Below are positions 26,056 to 34,042 of a DNA stretch of 38,396 nt, in pieces. The notes below the pieces were generated by a model, which saw only the letters and a program-made list of their open reading frames with translations, was not told the DNA's origin and searched no databases. A program made the translations under genes and the position numbers. Source of the DNA: a virus (taxonomy: Duplodnaviria > Caudoviricetes); IMG/VR virus record IMGVR_UViG_3300032074_000016, positions 1-38,396 of that record. One strand, given 5' to 3'. Position 1 is the first letter of the stretch. Each line of letters opens with the position of its first letter.

Positions 26056-26184
26056 CCCTAGTTGATCTTGGTGGCCCGGGCCATTTTGGTGGTTTTTTCG
26101 GCATACGGATTTTTTTGACTGAGCGGCGGGAGTCGAGCGCGCATATCAAGATTTTCGACGCGGGGCAGGTGGCATCACCGCAGG
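26056..26184. other. Putative cos/packaging initiation region
   Basis: Most AT-rich non-coding stretch in the window, between the HNH gene and terS. T-tracts and a 12-bp palindrome TGGCCCGGGCCA (26072-26083). Confidence 0.55.
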
Positions 26185-26553
26185 TCAGACGCGCGTCGTC
26201 GTCCCGGTCCAGTCGCGCGTCCACCATTTCGGATTTGCCATTACCGAGTCGCGAGTCCCATCACCCCGACTGCGATTGCAAACCCTCAGCAATAGCCGAT
26301 CAGCACGCCTACCACCCTGTGATCGGGCCACCGTGTGGTCCGCCTCCAGCGGTGCACCATCCCGGTTACGGGCTGGGTCCTTGTACATCGGCAGCCCGTG
26401 ACCGGCTGGTCGGCACGGGCAGGCCGGGCCGCAGCGGCCGTCGTCGAGGCACGGGCACGGCGATCCGTCGCGGTGCGCCCGGAGCAGTCGCGCGCGCTGC
26501 TGCTGATGCACCCAGCCCAGGCCACGCGTGGTGGTCGTGACCTTGCGCGGCAT
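26185..26553 (-). CDS. Packaging-associated HNH-like endonuclease
   Basis: TTTRGLG..HQ, PMY and LEADH...SQGG..ADRLL...CNRSRG. Sits just upstream of terS. Confidence 0.75.
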   Translation of the reverse strand: MPRKVTTTTRGLGWVHQQQRARLLRAHRDGSPCPCLDDGRCGPACPCRPAGHGLPMYKDPARNRDGAPLEADHTVARSQGGRRADRLLLRVCNRSRGDGTRDSVMANPKWWTRDWTGTTTRV

Positions 26554-26762
26554 CAGCTGCGCCAGCTCGGCCGGCGAGGCTGCAACGCGAACCGCCGCTC
26601 GAGCAGACCGTCGAGCGCGGACTGCGCTTCGTCATGCACACGGATGCTGTCGGCGTTCGTCGAGTGCGCCAGCGCGACCCGTGCTCGGCGCACATCGGCG
26701 AGCGCATCGCGGATCCGCTGATCGAGCTCGGCCAGGCGGTGCACATCGCGGGTGGTTAGCAC
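26553..26762 (-). CDS. Hypothetical helical protein (69 aa)
   Basis: GGAGG RBS. TGATG-coupled to the HNH gene. Confidence 0.65.
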   Translation of the reverse strand: MLTTRDVHRLAELDQRIRDALADVRRARVALAHSTNADSIRVHDEAQSALDGLLERRFALQPRRPSWRS

Positions 26763-26775
26763 GCGGCACCTCCAC

Positions 26776-27348
26776 TCAGACCCGAGCTGCTCCGCGCCGG
26801 AACTGGTGACGGTGCTGCCGCGGGTCCCCGAACTGGGCGATCACCGCCGCGATGTGCTCACGCAGGTCGACCGTCTCGTTGAACCACTCGCGGCCGGCAG
26901 CTCGGCTACCGGCGAAGCGCTGGTGCATCTCGGTCTCCATCTGCGGGGTGCCCGGGTGCACGGCGAGCAGCTTCGAGTCCGGCGGGTAGGCGCGCATCCG
27001 TCGCTTCACATCCCGGCTGTAACCGATCTTGATGCGATCGCCGATGCGCAGGTAGTAGATCCAGCCCGGTGCAGTCGCACGACTACGAGCGCGCGCCTCT
27101 GCCGCTGCTCGTTCGGACTGGCGCCGGAACTCCGCAGCAACCTGCGCATTCGTGATCGGTGCGGCGCGGGCTGCGGCCAGCGCTTCGGCGACATCATTCG
27201 CGTGAGGCGCGCACAGCGGACCGATCCGGTAGTGCTGGAGCGACAGTTCACACCCTGGCCAGACGCACCGAGTCACGTCGGCGGTCTCGCGGTAGAGGCG
27301 TTCCGCGAGCCCTCGACCCGTCTCAGGGGATGCGTCGCGTGGCCTCAT
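26776..27348 (-). CDS. GIY-YIG family (T5orf172/MUG113-like) protein with N-terminal Zn motif
   Basis: GWIYYLRIGDRIKIGYS...E..MHQRF....GREWF. C-x4-C...C-x2-H near the N-terminus. Start is ATG 27348 (ATGA) or GTG 27276. Confidence 0.8.
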   Translation of the reverse strand: MRPRDASPETGRGLAERLYRETADVTRCVWPGCELSLQHYRIGPLCAPHANDVAEALAAARAAPITNAQVAAEFRRQSERAAAEARARSRATAPGWIYYLRIGDRIKIGYSRDVKRRMRAYPPDSKLLAVHPGTPQMETEMHQRFAGSRAAGREWFNETVDLREHIAAVIAQFGDPRQHRHQFRRGAARV

Positions 27349-27584
27349 GGTGTCAGACGTCGTGACGCTGCGCAATGGAGCGTCATCGCGGCGGCGCGTC
27401 GCTGGTTCGAGTCGGGTCGCTTCTCGAGGTAGTCGGCGACCTCGAGGGCGCGGTACAGGTCGCCCGGGTAGCGGGTGATGTGGCCGCGCTTGGCCCACTG
27501 CCGCAGCTGGCGGGGGGTGATGCCGCGGCCGGGCAGCCAGCGCGCGATCTCCTCGGCGGTGTCGAGAAGAACTACCTCGGTCAC
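27345..27584 (-). CDS. MerR/excisionase-like HTH DNA-binding protein
   Basis: GTG 27582-27584 (GTGA). TAEEIARWL...ITPRQLRQWAKRGHI...YRALEV. Confidence 0.75.
   Translation of the reverse strand: MTEVVLLDTAEEIARWLPGRGITPRQLRQWAKRGHITRYPGDLYRALEVADYLEKRPDSNQRRAAAMTLHCAASRRLTP
27347..27375 (-). promoter_or_regulatory. Putative late promoter TTGCGC-N17-CACCAT
   Basis: -35-like at 27370-27375, 17-nt spacer, -10-like at 27347-27352. Located at the early/late boundary. Confidence 0.45.
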
Positions 27585-28453
27585 GCTGTCGATCCTGCCC
27601 GCTGGGTGCGACGGTTCTGCTCGTCGCGCCACATGTCGTCCCGCTTCCGAACCGCCTCCGTGCCCGTCCACACCCGACGGCACGCGGCGCATCGGAACCC
27701 CGGCTCGTCCTCCGGGTCGGGAATCGACCGGGCGTCCTCGCGGATGACCTTCCCGTCGGGCTTGATCAGGACGTGCCACACCTGGCCCTCGCACAGCGAC
27801 CCGTCGGGAAGCAACGTCTCGCACATCCCGACTGGGATCCGCTGGCTGCCGTTCACCCAGCGCAGCGCGGCGAGCAGTGTGCGGATCTCGTCGTAGAACT
27901 CATCGACCCACGGCTGCTCGGCGATCCACGGCAGCTGTCGCGTGAGCAGGTCTCGTTCGCCGGTGAGCGTGGCCGGCGCCCGAATCGTGTCGGTGATCCA
28001 CGGTCCGCAGGAGTCGTGCAAGCAGAGCCGATCGCAGACCGGGCCGATGGTGCCCGGCGGCCGCGGGGCGCGGCCGAGCAGCACCGTCGTCGTCGGCACG
28101 GCGAGATCGCGCTCCTCGCGAACCTGACGGGCCCGCGAGTGCAGCGTCTCGATCGCCGAAGGAGTGTCGTCCCAGCCGAGCTCGTCGAGGTCGCGACCTC
28201 GCGTGACGCCGGTGCCGCGGCGCGGGTCGCGAATCGCCTTCGCGGTGAGCCGGATCGGGCTCTGCTGCGAGGCCAGGCCGCTGTGGCTCGCGTCGTAGCT
28301 GATGGCCATCGACGGTCGGACCTCGAGGTGAATGGCCTCGTCTTCGATGTCGCGGAGCAACTGCCCGAGCTCGTCGAAGTGCTTCCGGCAGACGAGCATC
28401 CCCGGGGCCGCCTCGTGCTCCTTGCCGGGGATGACACATGGCTGCGTCGTCAC
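27581..28453 (-). CDS. Zn-binding protein at the end of the early operon (possible late-transcription regulator)
   Basis: GTG 28451-28453 (GTGA). Several Cys/His clusters (VCRKH, GMC...CEG, RCAACRRVW). 290 aa. Function inferred from position only. Confidence 0.75.
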   Translation of the reverse strand: MTTQPCVIPGKEHEAAPGMLVCRKHFDELGQLLRDIEDEAIHLEVRPSMAISYDASHSGLASQQSPIRLTAKAIRDPRRGTGVTRGRDLDELGWDDTPSAIETLHSRARQVREERDLAVPTTTVLLGRAPRPPGTIGPVCDRLCLHDSCGPWITDTIRAPATLTGERDLLTRQLPWIAEQPWVDEFYDEIRTLLAALRWVNGSQRIPVGMCETLLPDGSLCEGQVWHVLIKPDGKVIREDARSIPDPEDEPGFRCAACRRVWTGTEAVRKRDDMWRDEQNRRTQRAGSTA

Positions 28454-28911
28454 GCGTCCCCCCGCTCGGTCGGCCAGTCGGACGTCGTCGTGCCGTCGTG
28501 GTGCAGGTACAGCCGGTCCGGCCGGTCCGACCAGCGAAGCGGGATCTGCTGGGGGTCCAGGTCGAACAGGTGCCGGGACAGCAGCCAGCCGAGCAGACGG
28601 GCCTCCGCCCGGTTCGACTCGACCCAGCCGTGGCATCCCGTCGTCCCGTCCCCGCAGAGCACGACGAGCAGCGCCGGCGAGTGGATGCCCTCCCAGCGGG
28701 TGCCGCCCATGCCGCGCGGGATCCGGTGGTGCACCGAGACGCCGCGGTCGCCGCATCGCCGGCATCGGCCCCGGTCGCGCTCGACGACGAGGCGGTGCAC
28801 GTCCGGCGGCAGCGGGTTCCGCTTCGGCCTCGGTGTCGGCCGGGAGCGGGCACGCGTCAACGGTGTGCGCCGCGGCAGGATGCTGGACCTGGCCAGCGGG
28901 GTGCGCCTCAT
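28450..28911 (-). CDS. HNH endonuclease
   Basis: ERDRGRCRRCG...HHRIPRGMGG...LCGDGTTGCHGWVE. Confidence 0.88.
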   Translation of the reverse strand: MRRTPLARSSILPRRTPLTRARSRPTPRPKRNPLPPDVHRLVVERDRGRCRRCGDRGVSVHHRIPRGMGGTRWEGIHSPALLVVLCGDGTTGCHGWVESNRAEARLLGWLLSRHLFDLDPQQIPLRWSDRPDRLYLHHDGTTTSDWPTERGDA

Positions 28912-29966
28912 CGGGTGCCTCCAGAAGCGGTGCGTCTTCGGCCCCGGCGGGTGCGCCGGGGCTCGGTGGATCGGTCGGTCGGGCCAGGAGGCGACGCGCG
29001 GCTAGGCGGCGACCCACCCGACCCGGCGACCGACCCGACCCCGACCCGTCCCGCCCCAGACCGATCGGTCACCGATCGGTGGTCGTTGCGCGACTCGGCC
29101 GCCGCTACTCCCGCGGGTGCGGGGTGCGTTGCGGCTGGTGCGTCCTGACCACCGGCCCGCGGCCGGGTCTGGGGCGGGGGCGCCGCGACTCCGGCATTCG
29201 CCGGGTGCGTTGCGCCATCGGGTACGGACGGGGTTGGGGTGTTGCGGGCCGCCGGTGCACGGTCGGCGATGACCGAACGGGAGGGGATCGTGTGGCCGGC
29301 TTCGGTCAGCCAGTCAGCGGTCGAGCGGACGAAGAACAGCTGCTTCGGTGGTGGGCGAAGGCGCGGCGCCCAGCGGGCTGCGAACTCGTCCGCCGTCTCA
29401 CCCGGGTGCTCCTGCTGGTCGCGGCCGCGTTCGCCGTTGCAGCCCCGGCAGGCAACCACCAGGTCCTCCGGGCCGCGCGCCGCCTGCCCGGGGCGCAGGT
29501 GGTCGAACTGCCGGCCGCGGCGGGAGCGCGTGTCGTTCGGCTGCACCGGGATGGCGCACCAGCGGCACGCGTCGCCGTCGCGGAGCAGTACCGGCTCCTG
29601 CAGCGCGGGGTTTCGGGTGTCCGCCTTCTGCTGCTTCTCCCAGGCGACCTCGTCCTTCAGTCGGATGTGGAACAGCTCCGGGGCGGTGTCGATCAGCTTC
29701 CAGCGTTGCTTCTGGCCGCGGCCGCCGAGCGGGATGATCAGCCCAGCGGCGATGCACCGCTTCAGCAGCTTCTGCGCGGCCTGACCGCCCGCGAGCGGCA
29801 GGAACCCAGGGTGGATCACGTAGTCGGTGAAGTGGTTCGCCGACTGCGTCCCCAGCTTCACCAGGAACCCGAAACACAGCGTCCCGAGCAGCGGATCCCG
29901 CGGGTCCTCGAGCGCGAGGATCCGAGGATCGGTCGCGGCGGTGTCGCCGACACGGAACCACGACAC
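28908..29966 (-). CDS. Replication-initiator-like protein with an HNH domain
   Basis: AAGGAGGTG RBS. N-terminal WFRVGD...DPRI resembles actinophage rep proteins. RDGDACRWC...FDH...VVACRGCN. Low-complexity C-terminus with DNA repeats. Confidence 0.7.
   Translation of the reverse strand: MSWFRVGDTAATDPRILALEDPRDPLLGTLCFGFLVKLGTQSANHFTDYVIHPGFLPLAGGQAAQKLLKRCIAAGLIIPLGGRGQKQRWKLIDTAPELFHIRLKDEVAWEKQQKADTRNPALQEPVLLRDGDACRWCAIPVQPNDTRSRRGRQFDHLRPGQAARGPEDLVVACRGCNGERGRDQQEHPGETADEFAARWAPRLRPPPKQLFFVRSTADWLTEAGHTIPSRSVIADRAPAARNTPTPSVPDGATHPANAGVAAPPPQTRPRAGGQDAPAATHPAPAGVAAAESRNDHRSVTDRSGAGRVGVGSVAGSGGSPPSRASPPGPTDRSTEPRRTRRGRRRTASGGTR
29010..29214. repeat. Repeat cluster in the rep gene (candidate origin)
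   Basis: CCGAC pentamer run 29010-29050. Palindromes GACCGATCGGTC (29059-29070) and CACCGATCGGTG (29070-29081). 33-nt imperfect direct repeat at 29101 and 29182 (26/33 identical). Confidence 0.7.
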
Positions 29967-30047
29967 CGGCGGGACACCTCCTTCAGGATCAGGGCGAACG
30001 GGTAGGACGCGCCGGGTGGCGCGGGAACGACGATGGGTGAGCAGGTA

Positions 30048-30416
30048 TCAGGGAGAGCCGCGGTCACCGTTCGCCACCTCAAGCAGGACGTCGGCGTGGC
30101 ACGGCTGATCCAGCGGGCACCAGCAGGCCAGATCGCGGCCGGCGAGCGTCTCTCGCGCTGCCTGTACGGCCGCTGGACGGCAGAGCAGCCACGCGCGGTA
30201 CAGGTCGACGGCGAGCTGCCGGGTGACAGGCATCGCGCAGCCCCAGGCGTCGGAGCTGTAGCGCTTGCCCGGCTCGTAGTCGACGACGGAGATCTCGTGG
30301 CCGACGCGGAACGGGTTGCCCCATCCTTCCTTGTCGCCACGGCCGACGTAGACCGCGGCTTCGGGCATTCGCCAGCCCTTGCGACGGCTCCGCCGGATGC
30401 GTTGCGGGGCCGTCAT
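30048..30416 (-). CDS. DUF4326-like protein
   Basis: RRKGWRMPEAAVYVGR...WGNPF...LAGRDLACWCPLDQPCHADVLLEVAN. ATG 30414-30416 (ATGA). Confidence 0.9.
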   Translation of the reverse strand: MTAPQRIRRSRRKGWRMPEAAVYVGRGDKEGWGNPFRVGHEISVVDYEPGKRYSSDAWGCAMPVTRQLAVDLYRAWLLCRPAAVQAARETLAGRDLACWCPLDQPCHADVLLEVANGDRGSP

Positions 30417-30889
30417 GGCGCCAACCTCCGGGCGCCGGTGTGTGCGGCCCACCCGGAGCACAGCTCCGCCGGGGACCCGTCCGCCTTCCACGGCCGGCCG
30501 TCGCGGATGAACGGCCGGTAGTCGTCGGTCGTGGGCGCCGGAACTACCACGTCACCGAGCGTCGGATGCCGGTAGCCGACCGCGCGAGGCATCCCCGCAT
30601 GGCAGTAGAACCGATCCGACCGGGTGAACCCGGGGGTGTCGCCGTCGAGCTCCTCCCGCTCGGGCGAGCCCGGCCGGTAGGCGCAGTCGGCGCACATCCG
30701 CCGGCGGATCAGATGCGGCCCCTCCTGGACGACCGGCGTCGGGTGGACGTCGAGCACCGCGGTCCAGCAGGTGCAACCATCACCGGCGACGGCACCCCAG
30801 CAGCACGCCCCGTCCGGATCCGCGGACGGCATGTTCGCCGGCCCCGACGGCTGCTGCAGCCGGCCCTGCTCGGTATAGATCGTGCTCAT
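30413..30889 (-). CDS. Cys-rich putative Zn-binding protein (158 aa)
   Basis: ATG 30887-30889. CCWG...CTCW, MCADCAYRPGSPE, FYCH and LCSGW. Confidence 0.8.
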   Translation of the reverse strand: MSTIYTEQGRLQQPSGPANMPSADPDGACCWGAVAGDGCTCWTAVLDVHPTPVVQEGPHLIRRRMCADCAYRPGSPEREELDGDTPGFTRSDRFYCHAGMPRAVGYRHPTLGDVVVPAPTTDDYRPFIRDGRPWKADGSPAELCSGWAAHTGARRLAP

Positions 30890-31125
30890 TCGGCGCCTAC
30901 CGTTGCGGCCGTGGCCGACGACGCGGACGTGCGGCACTTCGAAGAGCCGCGTCCGGTGCTCGTGCTCCACGGCGACGGCCGTTGGTACGCCGGGTTGTGC
31001 GAGGGCTGGTCGCGGTGGGCCGACGGGATCTGGCGGGCCTCGGTGACGTACTCGGTGGCGCCCGGGGAGAAGTACGTGCGGTCCGTGCCGCCGGAGCGAG
31101 TGCGCCCGGACGTGTAGCCGGTCAC
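30886..31125 (-). CDS. 79-aa linker ORF coupled at both ends (possibly non-functional peptide)
   Basis: GTGA overlap at 31122-31125 and ATGA overlap at 30886-30889. The product is S/T/R-rich and looks unstructured. Confidence 0.45.
   Translation of the reverse strand: MTGYTSGRTRSGGTDRTYFSPGATEYVTEARQIPSAHRDQPSHNPAYQRPSPWSTSTGRGSSKCRTSASSATAATVGAE
30911..31117 (+). CDS. Small SH3/Tudor-like beta protein (68 aa), leaderless antisense gene
   Basis: MADDADVRHFEEPRPVLVLHGDGRWYAGLCEGWSRWADGIWRASVTYSVAPGEKYVRSVPPERVRPDV. TACCGT (30898-30903) lies 7 nt before the GTG. Confidence 0.7.
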   Translation: MADDADVRHFEEPRPVLVLHGDGRWYAGLCEGWSRWADGIWRASVTYSVAPGEKYVRSVPPERVRPDV

Positions 31126-31688
31126 CGCCGGGCCGCCCAGTCCTCGGCCCAGGCGGCGAGGTCGGCCGGGCACACCTCGCCGGGCTGGCGACCGTCCGCG
31201 AAGAGGTGGACACTCTCGGCCGCGTAGACGGCGTCGACGAGCTGGGCGCACTGCACATGACCGCTGGAGGCGACGTAGCGCCGCAGCGCCTTCGAGGGCA
31301 GCTGCAGGTGCAGGGCGGCGATCGCTGCGTAGTCCAGCCACGAGTAGCCGATGCCGACGTAGTTGTGCGCCTGGGTGACGAGGTCGCGGCGCAGGGTGGT
31401 CTCGACCGCGGCGCGCCCCTTGGGATCGCCCGGCAGGACGTTCGCGGCAAGCCACTGCTGCACCGGTCCATCGCAGACGATCAGCCCGTCGCCGGCGTAC
31501 TCGGCGATGTTGGCCAGCCGAGCGCCACCAGGTTCGGCCTCGAGGATGGTGCCGTCCGCGTGGAGGATCAGGCCGCAATGCTTGTAGCGGGACGCGTCGT
31601 TGACGAGGGCCTGCGCGACGCCGATCCAGAAGCCGCCGGGCCCCGCGACGTCGACCACGAAGAATGAGCCGGGCAGGTAGTCGCTCAT
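31122..31688 (-). CDS. Permuted papain-like NlpC/P60 (YiiX/YebB-like) enzyme
   Basis: PG.., YKHCGL, ILEAEPGG, GIGYS and VQCAQLVDAVY. The His precedes the Cys. Confidence 0.82.
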   Translation of the reverse strand: MSDYLPGSFFVVDVAGPGGFWIGVAQALVNDASRYKHCGLILHADGTILEAEPGGARLANIAEYAGDGLIVCDGPVQQWLAANVLPGDPKGRAAVETTLRRDLVTQAHNYVGIGYSWLDYAAIAALHLQLPSKALRRYVASSGHVQCAQLVDAVYAAESVHLFADGRQPGEVCPADLAAWAEDWAARR

Positions 31689-32197
31689 CGGTCAGCCGCC
31701 AGCAGAGCGGTGACCAGCTCATCGACGGCCCTCTGCGCCGCCGCTGCGAGCTTCCGCACCCTGCGGCTCGGGTGATCGAGGCCGACGGCGAGGAAGTCGG
31801 CAGGCGGCGGAGGCGGCACGGCCGGGGGAGCGGCAGCGGGCACGGAGATGTCCTCTCTCGGTTCGGGAAGCGGCTTGGAGGTGATGCGCTCGACCATGCG
31901 GTCGTAGGAGACGGCGGCCGCGGCGACGGCCGGGTCGGTGCGCTCGAGTTCTTCCCCGCGGCCCCAGCGGCGGGCACGGCGGGCGGCCACCACACGCTGC
32001 AGGCGGTGCACGATCACCGGCTCCGCCGCCTCCGCCGCCGGCGACGACATCAACGCCGCCAGCCGCTGATAGAACCGCACCGGAGAGATGCCGAACCGGT
32101 CCCTGATCGCCTGCTCCTTCGCCGCGGCGTTGTTCCAGTGCTCGCCGGCCAGACGCAGCACCGCCCGGTCCTCCTCGGCCAGCCGGGCGGCGGTCAC
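31685..32197 (-). CDS. DUF3263-like protein with C-terminal extension
   Basis: DRAVL...W...AAKEQAIRDRFGISPVRFYQRLAAL...P.IVHRL. Confidence 0.85.
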   Translation of the reverse strand: MTAARLAEEDRAVLRLAGEHWNNAAAKEQAIRDRFGISPVRFYQRLAALMSSPAAEAAEPVIVHRLQRVVAARRARRWGRGEELERTDPAVAAAAVSYDRMVERITSKPLPEPREDISVPAAAPPAVPPPPPADFLAVGLDHPSRRVRKLAAAAQRAVDELVTALLAADR

Positions 32198-32850
32198 GAG
32201 TGGTCACCGGCCAGCCGGTCGAACCAGCGGCGGGCCCAGCGCGCGTCACCGAGAGCGGTGTGCCGCTCGTCCTCGGCCGGGGGTTCCACACACAGTGCTG
32301 CGGCGATCGCATCCGACTTGACCGGCAGCGGGCGGCAGGAGTCGACGACGTCGGAGGAGATATCGACGGCGCGACCCCGGAAGAAGCCCCAGCTCGCCGA
32401 CTTGAGCTCCAGCAGCGAGTAGTGCCACGGCTCCTCCGGCAGGCCGTGACGGCAGAACATCGCTGAGAGCACCGCGGCGTCGAAGTGCACGCCCACACCG
32501 ACGAGGAGCGGCTCGTCGGCCAATAGGTTGGCCAGCTGGACCGCGACCTCTTCCTCGGTGCCGGCAAGGCAGTTCACGCCGTCTGCGTTCACCTCGTCGA
32601 GGTAGGTGGCGCCCGGCGCTCCGCGTGTCAGCCACCGGCCGACGTCCAGCGCCTGGGCCATGGTCCCAGCCGGCAGCGTCGGGAAGTCGTACTCGACATG
32701 GAGGACCCACGTGTCCTCGCTGACCTCCACGCCGGGACGCGCGATCGGGCCATTCCTGGTCGACCGGCGGATCACGGCTATCTCCCACGGCCGTGCGGCG
32801 GCGCCGAGTGAAGTGGTCTCCGTGTCGACGAAGACGATGGGGCGACCCAT
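32194..32850 (-). CDS. DnaQ-like DEDDh 3'-5' exonuclease
   Basis: ExoI FVDTETT, ExoII HFD and ExoIII HTALGDARW. Confidence 0.9.
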   Translation of the reverse strand: MGRPIVFVDTETTSLGAAARPWEIAVIRRSTRNGPIARPGVEVSEDTWVLHVEYDFPTLPAGTMAQALDVGRWLTRGAPGATYLDEVNADGVNCLAGTEEEVAVQLANLLADEPLLVGVGVHFDAAVLSAMFCRHGLPEEPWHYSLLELKSASWGFFRGRAVDISSDVVDSCRPLPVKSDAIAAALCVEPPAEDERHTALGDARWARRWFDRLAGDHS

Positions 32851-33197
32851 CAGTCGTCACCGCCGAGGATCTCGCCCGTCTGCGGGTCGATCCGGCCGAA
32901 CGCCGCGCGCAGGTCCTCCTCGAGGTCGAACGGCAGCACCGTCTTCCCCGTGCGCCGCTCCAGGGCGCGGCGGAGCATCTTCGCCGCCAGGTCCTTGTCC
33001 TGCCGGTCGATCACCTCGATGCGGCGGATCCGGGCGGTCGGCTCGACCTCGCCCGAGTCGTTGTCCGTCGGCGTCTTCTTGCAGTCGACCAGCGCCACGA
33101 TGACGTGGATGGCGTGCGGCTCGTCGATCAGGGCGTGGGCGACGGCGTCGAGGCCGTTCCCGTCGCCTCGTGGAAGGTTGCCCGAGAGCTTGGTCAT
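32850..33197 (-). CDS. Hypothetical phage protein (115 aa)
   Basis: ATG 33195-33197 (ATGA) with AGGAG. MTKLSGNLPRGDGNGL...RIRRIE...ERRTGKTVLPF. Confidence 0.85.
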   Translation of the reverse strand: MTKLSGNLPRGDGNGLDAVAHALIDEPHAIHVIVALVDCKKTPTDNDSGEVEPTARIRRIEVIDRQDKDLAAKMLRRALERRTGKTVLPFDLEEDLRAAFGRIDPQTGEILGGDD

Positions 33198-34042
33198 GCG
33201 GTTCTCCTGGTGTCTGCGGAGCGGTGACGAACAACGGAGCGCTGGGTGGTGCGCAGCCGGGCGGCGATCTCCGCGGAGGAGAGGCCGGCCGCGGTCAGGC
33301 GGCGCACCACCTCGGCGCGCTCGGGCGGCAGCAGGTGGACGTCGTCGCCGTGCATCGCGCGGTGCACGGCGATCTCGTCCAGAATCGGAAGCCGGTGGCC
33401 GCGGCCGCGGTTCGGGCGGGCGGCCGGGTCGTCGATCGCCTGGTCGTCCCAGGCCAGCGGCGGCGCCCAGCCCCGGTTCCGCGCGTAGGTGCGGGTCCGC
33501 TCCGACGGGCCGACCGACATCGACAGCTGGTCGTAGGCGGCGCGCACCAGGTCGGCGGTGTCCACGTTCGCCCGGCGGCGGCGCCCGGCGGCGACGGCGC
33601 CAAGGAACGCTGGCTGGTGGCCGGTCACCGCGGCGATGTCGGCGTACCGGTGGCCCAGGGCCAGCAGCGCGCGTAGGCGCCGCACGGTGCCGATCGGGTC
33701 CACGGTGAGCGGGCCGCGGCGGGCCAGCGCCCGACGCTCCCACCGTCGGTGCGCGGCGCGGTGAGCGTCGGCGGCCGCGTCCTCGACCCGCCACGCGGCG
33801 ACATCGGCGTCGGTCGGCCACGCCCCGCCAGACAGGCGGCGGCGCTCGCGCCACCGGTACACCGTGCAGTAGGCCACCCCGGCGCGGGCGGCTGCGGCCT
33901 CGACGCCGTGCTCGTCGGCGAACTCCAGGGCTTCCCGGACCAGTTGCAGGTCGGTCTTCGGCCGTCGGGTATGACGACCCTGGGCACCGGCGGGGCGGGC
34001 GCCGCACGCTGGCCGCCCCGCCGGGAGCTCCCGGGCGGTCAC
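33194..34042 (-). CDS. Multi-HTH DNA-binding protein
   Basis: GTG 34040-34042. Three HTH-like segments (GVAYCTVYRW; RRLRALLALGHRYADIA; GLSSAEIAARL) and GWAPPLAWDD..IDDP. Confidence 0.82.
   Translation of the reverse strand: MTARELPAGRPACGARPAGAQGRHTRRPKTDLQLVREALEFADEHGVEAAAARAGVAYCTVYRWRERRRLSGGAWPTDADVAAWRVEDAAADAHRAAHRRWERRALARRGPLTVDPIGTVRRLRALLALGHRYADIAAVTGHQPAFLGAVAAGRRRRANVDTADLVRAAYDQLSMSVGPSERTRTYARNRGWAPPLAWDDQAIDDPAARPNRGRGHRLPILDEIAVHRAMHGDDVHLLPPERAEVVRRLTAAGLSSAEIAARLRTTQRSVVRHRSADTRRTA

Noticed and set aside
26144-26156. IHF-like site TATCAAGATTTTC near the putative cos
   Set aside because: Imperfect match, and the proteobacterial IHF consensus is not applicable to actinobacterial IHF.
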